64,000 bases of DNA, taken from assembly GCF_036321535.1 (NCBI RefSeq), contig NC_087437.1:78928001-78992000 (forward strand), read 5' to 3'. Both the position numbers and the translations under genes were made by a program. The stretch comes from Camelus dromedarius (lineage: Eukaryota). Below the pieces are notes generated by a model. It worked only from the letters and a program-made list of their open reading frames with translations, was not told the origin of the DNA and did no database searches. Positions 26,564-40,068 of the stretch are shown one piece after another (the stretch's first letter is position 1; the number at the start of each line of letters is the position of its first letter).

Positions 26564-26689
26564 TTAAAGTTTTAGAAGTAGTGTTCTAATCTGTGCCTTT
26601 TGTCAAGGGAAAATGAGGGTCATATAATTTAAAGAAAGTCTGAGAAAGTTGTATGTGCATGTGAATCTTACTAACTTGCATGTAGAGTG

Positions 26690-26900
26690 TTTACAATGGC
26701 TACTTAATGTTCTAAATACTTTAAAAACATGATCTCCTTTAATCCTCCCCATATGCTTCAAGTTCAAAACTATTATGTTCATTTCACTGATGAAGTCAGT
26801 AGCACTTAAATAGTTCAGTTATATTACCCAAGACCATCCAGTTTATGAGAATCAGAATCTGCCCTCAAGCTTCCTTGCTAGTTTCAGTTCTCAAAATATA
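26690..26900 (-). mobile_element. MIR SINE
   Basis: ATCTCCTTTAATCCTC...CATTTCACTGATGAAGTCAGTAGCACTTA...ACCCAAGACCATCCAG resembles the MIR core. Confidence 0.55.
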
Positions 26901-28129
26901 GAGCCTTAAACTGATAATTTGCCTGTTTGTTCCTCACTTTCCCATGGGCCTTCTGGTGTGGAACCTATCCATTCAGAGTCATATTAGAATATAGCAGATT
27001 GGTAAAGATTCTTCATCTCGGTAGGTTTATCTTCACACAAGTAGAATATCTATGAATTAAATTCTAATAGAAATATATTATTGGAAATATTACCAACAAT
27101 GTTAAGCTCTGGCTAGTCTTAACATTAATGATGACATGTGTCATTGTCAAAAAACTACTTTACTAAGAAATTTTTGGTTTCTGAATTTTTTTCATGCAAT
27201 TAAATCTAAACTCCAATTCAACAATGAAATTTTATAAGCAATTCATTGATCTGTGATGTTAATTAATTGATCTATGGACCTTGAATGGCATAATCATTAA
27301 GATTTGAGCAAGGACTATTTGAAAAATAACTTTTTTCCTTTCTAAAAATTTAAACTCTTGCTGACTGTGGTAAATATGGTGAGTAAACAATGCATAATTA
27401 TAATAAAATGTAAAATCATGGATTTCTATTGTTTGTTCTCCCTGAGTTTTTCCTTTCTGATGAGTGTAACGTGTTTCACTACCATAGTTTATTACAAAAA
27501 ATAAAATAGAAAAAATATATTTGTATATTTTTAATAGCCCATGTAATTCAAACACAGATATATTTAAACCAAATCCATTTACCAAATTTGCAAAGTTCTG
27601 CATTCTTACTGACTTTGTTGCAGTGCTTGCCTCAGATCCTAATTTGGGTCAAAAACATTACTAAATGCTTCATAGTAGAGACCCCAATATATTAGTTATA
27701 CATTTTGATTTTCTCCCTAAATAATATTTCTTTAGGTAAATAATAATGTGAGAGAGTAGCAAGTTTAATCAATAAGATGTAGAATTCAAAATCAGTATCT
27801 CTTATGCCTTCAGTGCATTCAGGCATGTTATTTGCTTTCAATATCGAATCTAAAAAGTGCAGAATATGCTCTAATTAAAAACATCTGAAGACAAGTCCCC
27901 CTAGGTCATTGTATAAACTTTGTTTCCTAATTTGATTGCTCTTAAACTTTTCTTCAAAATGTTTTCATTCCTCTTAGTATTACACACAGACACGTATACA
28001 CGTGAGTGTGATCTGTCTCATCCTCCCTAATCTTAATTTTTCTCAGTTATTTGCAGTTTTTGAAATACAAAAAAAACCATATTATCCATTAATCACTGAA
28101 CATATACTTTTAAAGATACTATACGAGTG

Positions 28130-28290
28130 GTTTTTATATACATGCATTCAATTGAATATTCAAAACAACCCCTATAATCCTACTTCTATTAGTCCTTTTA
28201 TTCAAAGTCAGAAATTGAGACCCAAAGAGGTTTTAAATAACTAACTCAAAGTCACACAGCTTTTAAAAAGGAGCACATTGGTATTTCAAC
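28130..28290 (-). mobile_element. MIR SINE
   Basis: AACAACCCCTAT...GAAATTGAGACCCAAAGAGGTTTTAAATAACTAACTCAAAGTCACACAGCT. Confidence 0.7.
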
Positions 28291-29739
28291 ATATTCCTCT
28301 TAAAAATACTAAAATCTACACACACACTGACTTTAACTATAATTTCAAGTTTTATACTACTTTTAGAATGATTTTAGTATGAATATGATGTAGTGAGCCT
28401 CATGAAATTTGTTATAAAGCACTATAACGGAAATCTAATCCATTTCTTAAATGCACCAGGGATCTCTGGATACTTAAGGAGATCACTAAACTGCATAGTG
28501 TTTTCTGAAGAGGGAATTTTTACATAAACTAGAAGTGGAATTGATATAATAGAAAATAGGAAAATGGTAACATTTTTGGTATTTTTATAATGAAATTAGT
28601 GGAAATTTATGAAATTTACTTTTATATAATTTGATCTTTAAGCAAAGTCTAGTAAGATAATTTGATAGATTTGGGAAAAAATTAAAAATGCATCACAAAA
28701 TACTATAATTTTAAAAGTGTATGCTAAAATTCATTGTCCTATATCTCAGAAAATATGCAGTCTTTAAGAGGCACAATCATATAATCCTGGAATGCTTCAG
28801 TTGCATACACTTAGATTTAATTTCCATAGTTTTTTAGTCATGGTAATTAAGAGGGTAGTTACTTCCCAATAAAATTAACCTAATTAATGTTATGCCTTTA
28901 TAAAAAACTAGTCCCAGTTTGTCTACAACATTCTTCTACCCTTAGTTTTTGGTTGGAAATGATCGGTATTGGTTTTCTAATTTGATAATGATTTGTGCAG
29001 CAGTTTGACTCATGTAGGATTCCTCAGAGCTATAGATTAAAGACAACAAGAGCAACTCCATGGATACACTAAGGTTTACTAATTAATCAGTTCTTTTACT
29101 ATATTCTTTATGATTAATAGTATGAATTTGGAAAAACTCAAATTCAGTGTTGGCAGTGCAGTATGTGACCATCAAATAAAATTAACCTTACAGTATGCAA
29201 ATAAATTCAACCTGTACACAGCACTTTAAAAAGGAAAAGAAAGTCATCTAGATTGTAGTACTATAAAGGTTTTAAACAAAATTTCAATAGTAGTTTGATT
29301 GTTTTTATTAAACATTGATAAGTAATATAAAATAAAATTTCTAAAGCTTTTCAGGGAAAAATATTTTCAGTGCCCACCTTAATTTAGAATATTACTAATC
29401 TCATAAAGGACTTTTGTAAATTCCTGGCCCTATGCTTCTCATTCCACCTCCACAGGTACATGTACCTTGAAATTTTTGTGTATTATCTGTTTGCTGTTCT
29501 TTATTTTTTATCTCATATACTTTTCCTTGAGTCATTTGTTGCTTATTTTATGACCTGTTTAATTTTAAACAAGTGGAATTAACAAATATATATCCCTTTA
29601 TTAAGTATTTTAACTCAACCCTTGAAGATCAAAACATACATAAAAAATACATACATACATACAAACATCAAAGTAGCAAATTATGTAGGTGGAAAGAGCA
29701 GGCTTGGCTTTGCTTGGAAAAAAGGTAACATGCAGATTA

Positions 29740-30235
29740 TTGGGGGCTAATTCTCCATGTGTGTCTTAGGTTTTTTGCATGTCCTGTGAACAGAGCACTG
29801 ACTGCCATTTCTTTTAGAATATTACTTCAAAGATGTTTGTTTAGTGTATAGTCTTGGAAGTCAGAGACAGAATCTCCTTGGAGCAAAGGGCGGATTTGCT
29901 TACAGGTTAGGACAATAGAGATGGTGTCATTTTCAAAAAAAGTGCAGCCCTGTTTACTGTTCCATTTAACCAAGATAATATATACATCTGGTGAAAAGCG
30001 TAGGCACACTTTGCTACTCATTATGAAACATTTAGGTTTCCCAGGCTCAGGGTTTCTCCCTCAGAACACAGCTACTATGTGTACAGGTGTCATCTGGATC
30101 TATTTACTTTACCCTATGAGAATTTGGGGATTGTAAATTGGTTAAAATGCTGACACTGTGGTTCCTATTACTGTTTTGAGTAATAAATTCCTTTGTGTCT
30201 GATCCAGGGATGCATATCTTCTACCAGCTTTCATA
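29740..30235 (+). mobile_element. ERV1-class solo LTR (MER89/MER90-like)
   Basis: AATTCTCCATG...GCACTGACTGCC...CTTGGAAG...GGAGCAAAGGGC..TTTGCTTACAG, with an AATAAA polyA signal at ~30182. Subfamily recalled, not searched. Confidence 0.65.
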
Positions 30236-30239
30236 TAAT

Positions 30240-31270
30240 CTAAAGAACATTTATTTAAGGAAAAATTACTTAACCTTAAGAGGGCAGTGAGGCTTATGAA
30301 ATTTAACCTGGCCTGCCCCATTTCTCTCCCCTGCCCAGTGGTAGTCTTGAGAAACAACAGACTTACAATTTACGGGAACTGTGAAGACCAGGAACCTTGC
30401 AGCTGTTGGAAGAGATAGACCAGGTTTGGAGTACCTTATAAACCGCTGCTCCCAGGCATTGTTACTACTTGGCCTATCTGTGGCCCTTGGGAAAAACCCA
30501 CTCAAATAGCACTGTCATTCTTACTTGGAGCACCCTTCATGGAAAAGGCCTAATTCCAAGGGTATTTTTCATAAATAATCAGCTGCAATTACTTAACACC
30601 AAAGCTGCCAAAGTCTATGATACTAGTTGAAGCAAACAAAAGCCCAGACAAAGTTTAAAAGTAGGGTCTGGGAACTAGATGTCCACAGGGTATTTTGAAA
30701 AGCCCCGACATATTCCTGAGGATCTAGAAGGATGTGCACTTATGCAGCACTGTGCATGTCTAGGGAAGATATGAGACATCTCCAGTTACTCACCTCTGGC
30801 CGACCTTAGGCCCTGTGCAAGCAGGAAGTGATGGTTAAGGCACATTTATAAACTGCCTGAGCATTAAAAGTGTAACCCAACATACACACATCTGGCTAAG
30901 GCAGAAGATGTATTGATGCAAGGTGTTAAAGGACATTTCTGACCAATCAGTAGTAACCAATAAACTAATTAAGCCAATGCTTCAGTGGTTGCATATGACA
31001 AGATACACAAATTTTATAGAGTTCTGGAAAGTCACTCAAAATACAAACAGCCATAGAAACAACAACAATAGTCTCTGGAGACAGGAAAAGAAACTGATGT
31101 CCAGAGGTTCCACATGACATTTTTATATTCAGTTTTGAACAAAAATGGTAAGACATGCAAAGGAATAGCAAAATATGTCTCCTAAATAAGAAGAGAAAAA
31201 TTAATCAATAGAAATTGTCCTAGAGGGGGCCCAGATGTTGGAAAATAATATTATAAATATATTTAATACT
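30240..31270 (+). mobile_element. Ancient L1M 5'UTR and ORF1 start
   Basis: L1M 5'-type sequence ending AATCAATAGAAATTGTCCTAGAGGGGGCCCAGATGTTGG, a typical ORF1 start region. Confidence 0.65.
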
Positions 31271-31369
31271 TTAGATTTTAAAAAAAGCAACTTGAAGAGC
31301 ATTTTCTTATTCAGAATCTCCTGAAAAGATGGAAAATACATGTATATCTTCTAGAAATATTTGTATATC

Positions 31370-31960
31370 TTATAGAACATTAACCAAAAGATAGATAAAG
31401 TGACTATGCTAATCTCAAACACGAATAGTCATTAAGATAATAATTATTACTTAGAGACAATGAGGGACATTGCATAATGATAAAAAGTTAGAGATAACAA
31501 TTATAAGTATGTATGCATCTAACAACAGAACACCAAAATATGTGAAACTAAAATTGATAATAGAAGACAGGAATAGATAATTTAAAATTAAGTTAGTGAC
31601 TTCAATAATTTATTCTCTATACTTCATAGAACAAATAGCATCATTTATTATTAGAAATTATAAATTAACAGTGATTTGTTATTAGAAGATAGCGATATCT
31701 TGAAAACTTGTATGAAACAATCAACCAACTTGAACTAAATGACATCTACAGAACACTGAACACCAAAACAGCAGAGTATATACATTATTTTGAAGTTCTC
31801 ATGGGACATTCTCCAAGATAGGCCATATGTTATGCCACAGATCAGTCTTAACACATTTAAAAGAATAAAAGTCATACAAAATATGGAATTTGTGCATGAT
31901 AATGCTAACATATAAATCAAAAATTGAAAGAAATCTGGTAATTCAGTATCTATTAAAGTT
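31370..31960 (+). mobile_element. L1 ORF2 endonuclease-domain remnant
   Basis: GAGGGACATTGCATAATGATAAA (GHYIMIK-like), TATGCATCTAAC (YAPN-like), GACTTCAAT (DFN), GACATCTACAGAAC (DIYR), TTCTCCAAGATAGGCCAT (FSKIDH-like). Confidence 0.85.
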
Positions 31961-33124
31961 GACATAAAACCTTAGGAAAATATATTATTTTATTTTTCTC
32001 TTTCAAATCCGACTAATCATTACAAAAGAGGTATATATGTCCATATTTTAAAAAGTGTTTTTGGCAATTAGTCTGTTAAACCATATGTGTTTACATTAAA
32101 ACTATCAACGATGAGGGCAAAATAAATCAATGAAACTACAAAGAATGTAAAAATTGGTGAAAAAACAAATAAAATCCATTTTAAAAAATTTTTTGTCTTT
32201 GTTTTCCAGTTGAAATCAATATGAAAACTCTTGTCAATCTGTTAGCTTCATGCTCTGGCTATAATTTGGGCAACAGAGATACAAGAGACTTGCCTAGTGA
32301 GGAGCTGCCAATCCATTAGTAAACCCTTAAGGGAAACTTAAAATGAGGGATGGAGATCCCTACAAATTAACAGTGAAATGAGCTAATGACTAATCCTCTT
32401 GGGTGAAGGAAAACCTTGAGAAGTACACCTCAAATTCAAGATATGTTAACCTTGGACTCAAGTCTAAGTGGCCTGAAACATTAGTTCAGTGTTTTCTTCT
32501 GGGACTCACTAGAGATTTAATCTGATGAGCTAATACAGTGCAATTACAAAAAAAAAACAACAACACTATTCTAAGTTATACATGAGGTCATCTTATTCTG
32601 TCTCTATTTAAGAAAAATAATGGATACATCACAATATGGTATTCCATAGTAGCAATGAAAAAAAAAGGAGGACATATTTTCCAGGAAAGTGGTGTTGCTT
32701 AGCTGAATATTAAAATTGTTTCTTCTGAGAACATTTGTGTGTTTTAATCCCTCCTTTGGCAAAGAGAACAACTTATTATAAAGTATTTAAAGGCAGAAAT
32801 GAGATTAAATTCCTCATAAGGAATACACGTGTTGCTTCAACTTCATACTTAACGACATGAAGAGTTTCTGAATAAGAAAATGCTCTCAGAGTTGCAATAT
32901 TAATGATGTAGGGCAACAGATAAATGGGAGTGACTGTTTAATAGTTTCTGAAACTCTTCACACATATACAAGACTATTTCTGGGTCTTGGCTCATTTTTT
33001 TTTTGTTTGTTTCTTCATAGTTTTGTTTATAGCCTTTTTTTAAAATTATATTTTTCCTCTCTATCCTACTTCTAAATACACACACATGCATACAGACACA
33101 CACATACAGAACTCAACACTCACG

Positions 33125-33632
33125 TACAAGAATTCCATTAATTTATAAGTAACAGAAAAATCCAACCAACATATGTCTTAAGTAAATATGGAATTTATTA
33201 TTTTCTCATTTAACAGGAAAAACAGATACAATCATTTTAGTACTGAACTAATCTCTTCATAACAACATCAGTTTCCTTCTAAATTTCTACCCTGTCATCT
33301 TTATTTTATGGGCTTCATCCTCATGTTTGTCACGTCAAAGTCCCAAGAAGTCTTCTTCACTTCTATTATATATCCGTATTTCTAGCAAGGGAAAAGGAAT
33401 AGGATTTTAATCACCTAAAATTGTCCTTTTATAAGAGTATTTTCTGGGAACCTTATCCAATATCATCTAACATCTCTTTGGTCAGAATTATTATGTCAGG
33501 TATTTATTTTTCGCTATAAATAATGGTGAGAATGTGGATTTGGTTAGTTTAAAGCTGAGTACACTGTCCTCAAACTAAGTTCTGTTAGTTAGCAAGAAAA
33601 GGAGAGAGAATATTGAATTGGAATTTGCCATT
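33125..33632 (-). mobile_element. ERVL LTR33-like solo LTR
   Basis: AAGTAACAGAAAAATCCAA...GGCTTCATCCTCATG...GGTCAGAATT..ATGTCA...GTTCTGTTAGTTAGCAAGAAAAGGAGAG. Confidence 0.6.
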
Positions 33633-34469
33633 TTGTGTGCGCATACACACAGATTTGAGTGGAATATGCTCTTATGAACCCTTCCTTTTTTTTTTTTTTA
33701 TTCTGACTGTCTGCCACCAATAGTATAAGTAACAATTTTTGATACTTTCTGTTCGTCGCTGTGCATCCCTTTGCCTAGCATATTAACTAGGAAATGGGGA
33801 CATTTAAGAAATGTGTGTTTAATGTATGCTTACTTATGTGCGTGTATGTATATATATATGAATAAACACAGGAGATTAGGTTTGAAACTAGCAAGCTTAC
33901 AATGCCACTAGCCTGGCTCACGTCCAGAATTCATTGATGGTGACTGCCAACTAGGAAGTATTAAATGAGACTATGTAGAGTTTCTATTGAGAACACAGGG
34001 GAAAAAAAAGTTAAATCTTTGTATTTTTAAGCACATTTATATAGTGTTGTTTTGTACTCCTTATCAGAACTACAATATAATGTGAAAGATGACTGCTGCT
34101 GTCTATTTCTGTTGTCTTGTTAAATTTAGTTTAAAACTGTTAAGAATGGGTCATCTCATATGAAACCCATGTTAAGAGTTAGCAGCTTTTAAGGATAATA
34201 AATGTAGCTCATCAGAGTACAAGACAAATGAGTATAAATGAAGAATTCATTTTGAGGAATTAAATATTAGTGTATGTTTTGTGCCTTTCAGGCTTGTTTC
34301 ATTGAATGAATTCACAATGTAATAAACTTTCTTATAAGCTGATTGGAAACAATTTAGAAAGTTTTTTTTAATCAGTTTATAAGCAATTCACATCATTTCA
34401 AATGCAAAGAGAAATAATAACTATGAAGTTTTATGTGTGTCGGGGGACAACTCTGATAAAAGAAGCTGT

Positions 34470-34630
34470 ATGTTTAATTCTCCCAACAAACCAATAAGCA
34501 TCTATTAGTATCTTGAATCTACAAATAAAAAACCTGAAGCTCAGAGTTTAATTATGTCCTCAAGTGTATAGACCTGGTTAATACAACATCTAGTATGCAA
34601 TCAGGAGCCCTCACTCCAAAGCCCTTTTGT
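34470..34630 (-). mobile_element. MIR SINE
   Basis: TTTAATTCTCCCAACAAACC...ACAAATAAAAAACCTGAAGCTCAGAG...CTCCAAAGCCC. Confidence 0.6.
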
Positions 34631-35017
34631 GATATATGACCCACTCCGCCCACAATTTTCTTACAAAATTATGTTCTGAAAAATTTATTGTTTTAGAATA
34701 CAATTGCCTTTATATAATTACCTGCCTTGGCTACTCACTGGGCAGGCATATTCTTTAATAAGATTATCTACTCATTAAAATATGGCTTTTAAAAAGTTTT
34801 CCAAATTATTCATACACAAGTTTTATCTTAGAATATTAAGATTTGTTGTATGTATGCATATCTTAGTTTAACCAAGCCATGACCTCAGTGATTTAGCAGC
34901 TTTTTTCTTTTACACTGTCACTTGGTCTTAGAACCTTCACTGAATCGTCATATGGTTTTCTATCTCCACTTACACAGCAGCTATTTCCATCCCTCTTCTC
35001 TATCTGCCTTCCTATCC

Positions 35018-35065
<48 letters not shown>
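35018..35065. repeat. (ATCT)12 tetranucleotide microsatellite
   Basis: Perfect GATA-type STR. Confidence 0.95.
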
Positions 35066-35069
<4 letters not shown>

Positions 35070-36184
35070 ACATATTATCTCTATATCTATGTGTGTGTAT
35101 GTGTGTGCTTGCACGTGTAAATGTATCTTTCTTACTCATCTTTCCTTACATATTACTTCATTTTGATTTTCTGAAGGTACACATTCAGAGTTACATAGAG
35201 CATTCCATAATTTTAATATTCTTTTATTTAAGAAAATTAAGCATTTTTTTTTGTAAGTTACTATACCAGACCTCTTAATATTTTCTCTTTTATTTCTGTT
35301 TGTCTCCATTATGCCAATATGTATTTTTCAGGCTATTGTAGTACAGTAGGAAAAAATTATTGACTGAATCATATGGTCATATATTTAGGCAGGGCACTGT
35401 TTTTTAAGTTATTTTGGGATGGGCAATGTCCTTGGCATTGCAAATTCAAAATTACCATGTATAAAATATTTTAATAAAAATGACTTCAAAATAAAGAAAA
35501 CCCCAGATTTTCCAGTTAACTTTTAGATATGTAACTAAATGAGACAAATATCTACTTAAAAAGATTTATTAATTTTTCCATGTAAATATATACATATGTT
35601 GTTTACATATATGATAAAATTTAATTATATATCTAATTTTTAGGCATCTCTTTTCTCTACAATATTTTTAAAAAAAATTCAGGTGCTGTGCTGGCATCTC
35701 TGATAATAGTTTTTGATGAATGTAGTATTGCAAAACATAGTCTTACTTCCTTTTAAGTTGTTTAATATGGATATATTTTTCTTTGTTTGAATTTTTAATT
35801 TATTCATGTATAGTTGATTTACAATGTTGTATTTTTTTTTAATTTGTGTACCTGAAGAATTCATTCACTCATCATTGCAATAACTTTTTATGTTTATATT
35901 TTTGTTTTTTTTACTGTACCTTGTAGTTGTGTATTCATGATTATTGTATTTTAATAGGGAATGTTACTTGCTTCTACTGACTTAGAATGCTTATTTGTAG
36001 TTGTATCAAATACTTACAATTGTAAAGTTGCAGCATTGAAATTAAATGCCACATCTATGTTCTCTGTTTACCCTTATCATTTTATCTAACAATTTTTAAA
36101 ACTGTATGCAAATTAATACTGACTGAACATGTTTCTGGTTATATCATCTTCCCTGAACAGTATTTAGGGCTCAAAATAAGGCAT

Positions 36185-36358
36185 TATATTTTATCCCTCT
36201 CAGCACATTTGTTTTCATATTTTAACAACCTTGAAATTAGGATGTCTCATATTCAATGACGTGTCATAGTTTAATTGCAATGATTTTTTTCCGTTTCAGT
36301 AGTATATAAAATAATGTGCCTCTTCCAGTGAATGACATTTTAAACCAGATGAACTAGA
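36185..36358 (+). mobile_element. MER104-like TcMar-Tc2 MITE
   Basis: GCACATTTGTTTTCATATTTTAAC...GAAATTAGGATG...GTGTCATAGTTTAATTG...TATATAAAATAATGTGC matches the recalled consensus. Confidence 0.65.
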
Positions 36359-36589
36359 GTAATTGAGTACTTTGTGACAACCAATATATTTAATGAACCC
36401 CTCTTTTCTGGAGAATTATTATATACACTCAAGTTTGTATATTTGGAAACAGATGGAACAAGGTTTCTAATCTCAAAGCTCTTGTGGTGGAGGATAGTTA
36501 TACTGTACATGGCTATGTCTCTAACGGAAGCATAAAGGAAGCTCCTACTGGAGTCCACTGAGGAGCTGAACAGAGAGTGTCTCACTGTA

Positions 36590-37280
36590 AAGAGTAAGGA
36601 AAGGCTTTAAAGAGTAGATGACTTTGAGGTGAATTTTGTAAAATTAGGCTTTTATTAGGTAGAAAACGTGAAGAAGAAAATTTGAACAGAGGAGAAAACC
36701 TATGAATAAACATAGAGACTAATAAACAAATAACATAATCTAGATGTACACTTATTCTAACTGTACTGTAGGATATGGGATAAAATTGTGAGAATAATCT
36801 GAAAAATTATACAGGAGTACTTTAATGAAAGTCTGTGGCCTTGATGAAGAATTTAGAGTTTTTCTTACAGGTAAAAGAACACCATGGAATAGATATTATT
36901 ATCCACTATATGATTTAGAATGATCAGTATGAGGGCGATGCACAGATCAAGAAGAAAAGACTGGAAGCAGGAAGATATTACAGGTTAACAGAGATAGGAC
37001 CTTAAGAGAACCAATGTAGCAAAAGAAGAGTGAGTGAATCTAGAGATACTTGAAGAAAATATCTGGCATATGTGATAGCAGACTGCATGAGAGAGAAAGA
37101 AGCTGAATATGAGCATTTAGGATTTGGGGGAATTAACTAAGATAAAAGGTAAAGGAGTAGTTTTAGTGAGAATGCATGTGTTGTGCTAGGTATGGAGAAG
37201 TCCAGTAGACAGGAACAAAGTGTGTAAATCAGAGTTACTAACTTCTGGTAGCCCTCATAAAAGTAATCATTATAACTGTG
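36590..37280 (-). mobile_element. L2 LINE fragment
   Basis: Purine-rich antisense L2 pattern (GAAAGGCTTT..AGATGACTTTGAG, AAGACTGGAAGCAGGAAGA, GATAGCAGACTGCATG). Confidence 0.6.
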
Positions 37281-37575
37281 GAGGATTGGATAGCATAAAT
37301 AATACCACACAACTCTTACTTAAAGATTAAGCATTTCTTAAATTAATTGTTCCTGGATCATTTCTGGGAAGAAGTAGATAGTACAAGATTATTTTAAGAG
37401 TTGCTTGGGTGGTAGTGGTTGTGGGTTTTGACAAAAATAAGTAAAGTTTTTAGTTTCTACACCGTGCTTCATCAAGAGGAACTCTCCTTATATTGAACTT
37501 ATTTGTCTGTGTTCCTTGGTATGATTTCACTGGAAACAGTCGAGAGAGAGGCAGAGACAGAGGTAGAAAGACAAA

Positions 37576-40068
37576 CAAAACAGATTTCCCATATACCCAC
37601 TGCCCCCACTACACATGCATTAGCCTGTCTTATTATCAATATCCCCCTCCAGAGTTGTACATTTGTTGCAATTGATAACAAATTGGTGAACCTGAATAGG
37701 CAAGTTATTATCACCCAAAGTCCAAAGTTTATAGTAGGGTTCACTTTTGGTATTATACATTATATGAATTTGGACAAACGTATCACCACATGTATCCACC
37801 ATCATAGTATTATACAGAGTGTTACCACTGGGCTAAAAATCCTCCCTGCTTTGCCTATTCGTCCCACTCTTCCCCTAACCCTTGACAACCACTGATCTTT
37901 TTATTGTCTACATAGTTTTGCGTTTTCCAGAATGTCATATACTTATAAATATACAGTATGTAGGTATTTCAGAATGCCTTCTTTCATTCAGTAATATACA
38001 TTTAATTTTTCTCCATGTCTCTTCATGGCTTGAGAGCTCATTTCTTTTGAGCACTGAATATTATTCCATTGTCTGCATATAATTCAGTATATTTATCCAT
38101 TCATCTATTAAAGGGCATCTTGATTGATTCCAAGTTTTGGTGATTATGGATAAAGCTGCTATAAACAGCTTCAGGTTTGTATGTGAACCTAAGTTTTCAC
38201 TTCATTTGAGTGAATACCAAAGGACATGATTGTTGAATCATATGTTAAAAGTATGTTTAGTTTTGCAAAAAACTACCAAACTATCTTCAAAATGACTGTA
38301 CTATTTTGCATTTCCACCAGAAATGAGTGAGAGTCTTCGTTACTCTACACTCTCTACAGCATTTGGCATTGTCAGTACTTTGGATTTTGGCATAGGTGTG
38401 TAGTGTTCATAGGTGTGTAGTGGTATTTCATTGTTATTGTACTTTACATTTCCATGATGAAAAATAATATGGAATATCTTTTCCTAAGCTTACTTGTCAT
38501 TTGTTTAGCATTATGATGAAGTGTCTGTTAAGGCGGATGACCTGTTTTTTAATAAGGTGGTTAGCTTTTTTTATTGTTAAGTTTTAAGAGTTTTTTTTTA
38601 TATTTTAGATACCACCATTTATTAGATATGTCTTTTGCAAATATTTTCTCTCAGTCTGTGACTTATCTTTTCATTCTTGACAGTGTTTTTCAAGAGCAGA
38701 TAATTTAATTTTAATAAAGTTCAACTTACCCATTATTTTCTTCATGGATTGTGCCTTTGTTGTTTTATCTAAAAAGTCATCATTAAAAAAGTCATCTAGA
38801 CTTTACCTTATGTTACCATCTAGGAATTGTATAGTTTCACATATAACACTTAGGTCTGTAATTCATTTTAGTTGACTTTGGTGAAGGGTGTAAGGTCTTT
38901 CTCTAGGTTCTTTTTTTTTTTTTTTTGTATGTTGATGTCCAGTTGAAAAGACTGTCCTTGTTTCATTGCATTGCATTTGCTCCACTGTCGAAAATAAGGT
39001 GGCTGTATTTATATCGCCTATTTCTGTTCTTTCTATTCTGTTCCATTAACTAGCCATCTACTTTTTACCATTGCTGTTTGATTATTGTAGCTTTGTAATA
39101 AGTCTTGGTATCTGGAAATATCAGTGCTACAACTTTGTTTTTCTCCTTTAATTGGCTATCACGGGCCTCTTATTTCTAAATATAAATTTTAGAATAAAAT
39201 TGTCGATATCTATAAGGTCACTTGCCAGGATTTTGTTTGGGGTTGCATTGAATCAAGTTGGGAAAAACTAGCATCTTGACAATATTGAGACTTTCTATTC
39301 ATAAAAATTAAAGATCTCTCCATTTGTTTAGTTCTTTGATTTCTTTCATCAGAGTTTTGTAGTTTTTTCTGATACAGGTCTTAAACATTTTGTTAGATTT
39401 ATATTGAAGCATTTCATTTTGGGAGGGTGCTAATGTAAATGTTATTGTGTTTTAAAATTTAAATTTTACTTTTTTACTACTTATATATAGAAAAGTGTTT
39501 TACTTTTATGTATTAAGCTTGTATCCTATAACCTTCCTATAATCGCTCATTAGTTCTTTAAGTTTGTTCTTTTCTGTTCTTCCAGATTTTCAAATTAGGC
39601 AACCATGTCATCTGAAAACCAAGACAGTTTTAGTCTTTCCTTCTCAATACATTTTATTTTATTTCCTTGTCTGGTTTGTATTGCATTATCTAAGGTTTCA
39701 AGTACAGTGTTGAAAAGGAGTAGTGACAGGGGACATCTTTGTCAGAAAGCTTTAAGTTCCTCATTACTAGAATGATGTAAGTTGAATGTTTCTTTAATAG
39801 ATATTCTTTATTAAATTGAGGAAGTTCCCTTCCACTCCTAGTTTACTGATAGATTTTATCATGTATTGGTGTTGGATTTTGTCAAATACTTCTGCATTTA
39901 TTGATATAATCATGTATTTTTGTTTTTTTTGATGCGATGGGTTGTATTAATTGCCTTTTGGATTATGAACTAGCCTTGCATCCCTGGGATAAATCCCATT
40001 TGGTCATGGTATGTAATTCTTTTTATACAGTGTTAGATTAAATTTGTGACTATTTGGTTGAGGACTTT
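37576..40068 (-). mobile_element. L1MC1-like LINE, 3'UTR plus ORF2 (~2.5 kb)
   Basis: Characteristic 3'UTR (TTCCCATATACCC...TTATCACCCAAAGTCC..AGTTTA..TAGGGTTCAC) followed by antisense ORF2. Confidence 0.9.

Larger units (their letters stand above)
25091..26583 (+). mobile_element. MER5A1 hAT element, split by an L1 (pieces ~25091-25220 and ~26562-26583)
   Basis: AAAGTGTGGTCCCAGGAC...GGCATCAC...CTTGTTAGAAATG...AGAATCTGCATTTT precedes the L1. The terminal CATTAAAGTTTTAGAAGTAGTG follows it. Confidence 0.8.

Noticed and set aside
35791..35830. Very short L1 3'-tail insertion
   Set aside because: It resembles the L1 tail (GTATAGTTGATTTACAATGTTGT), but ~40 bp with an ambiguous TSD is too little to call confidently.
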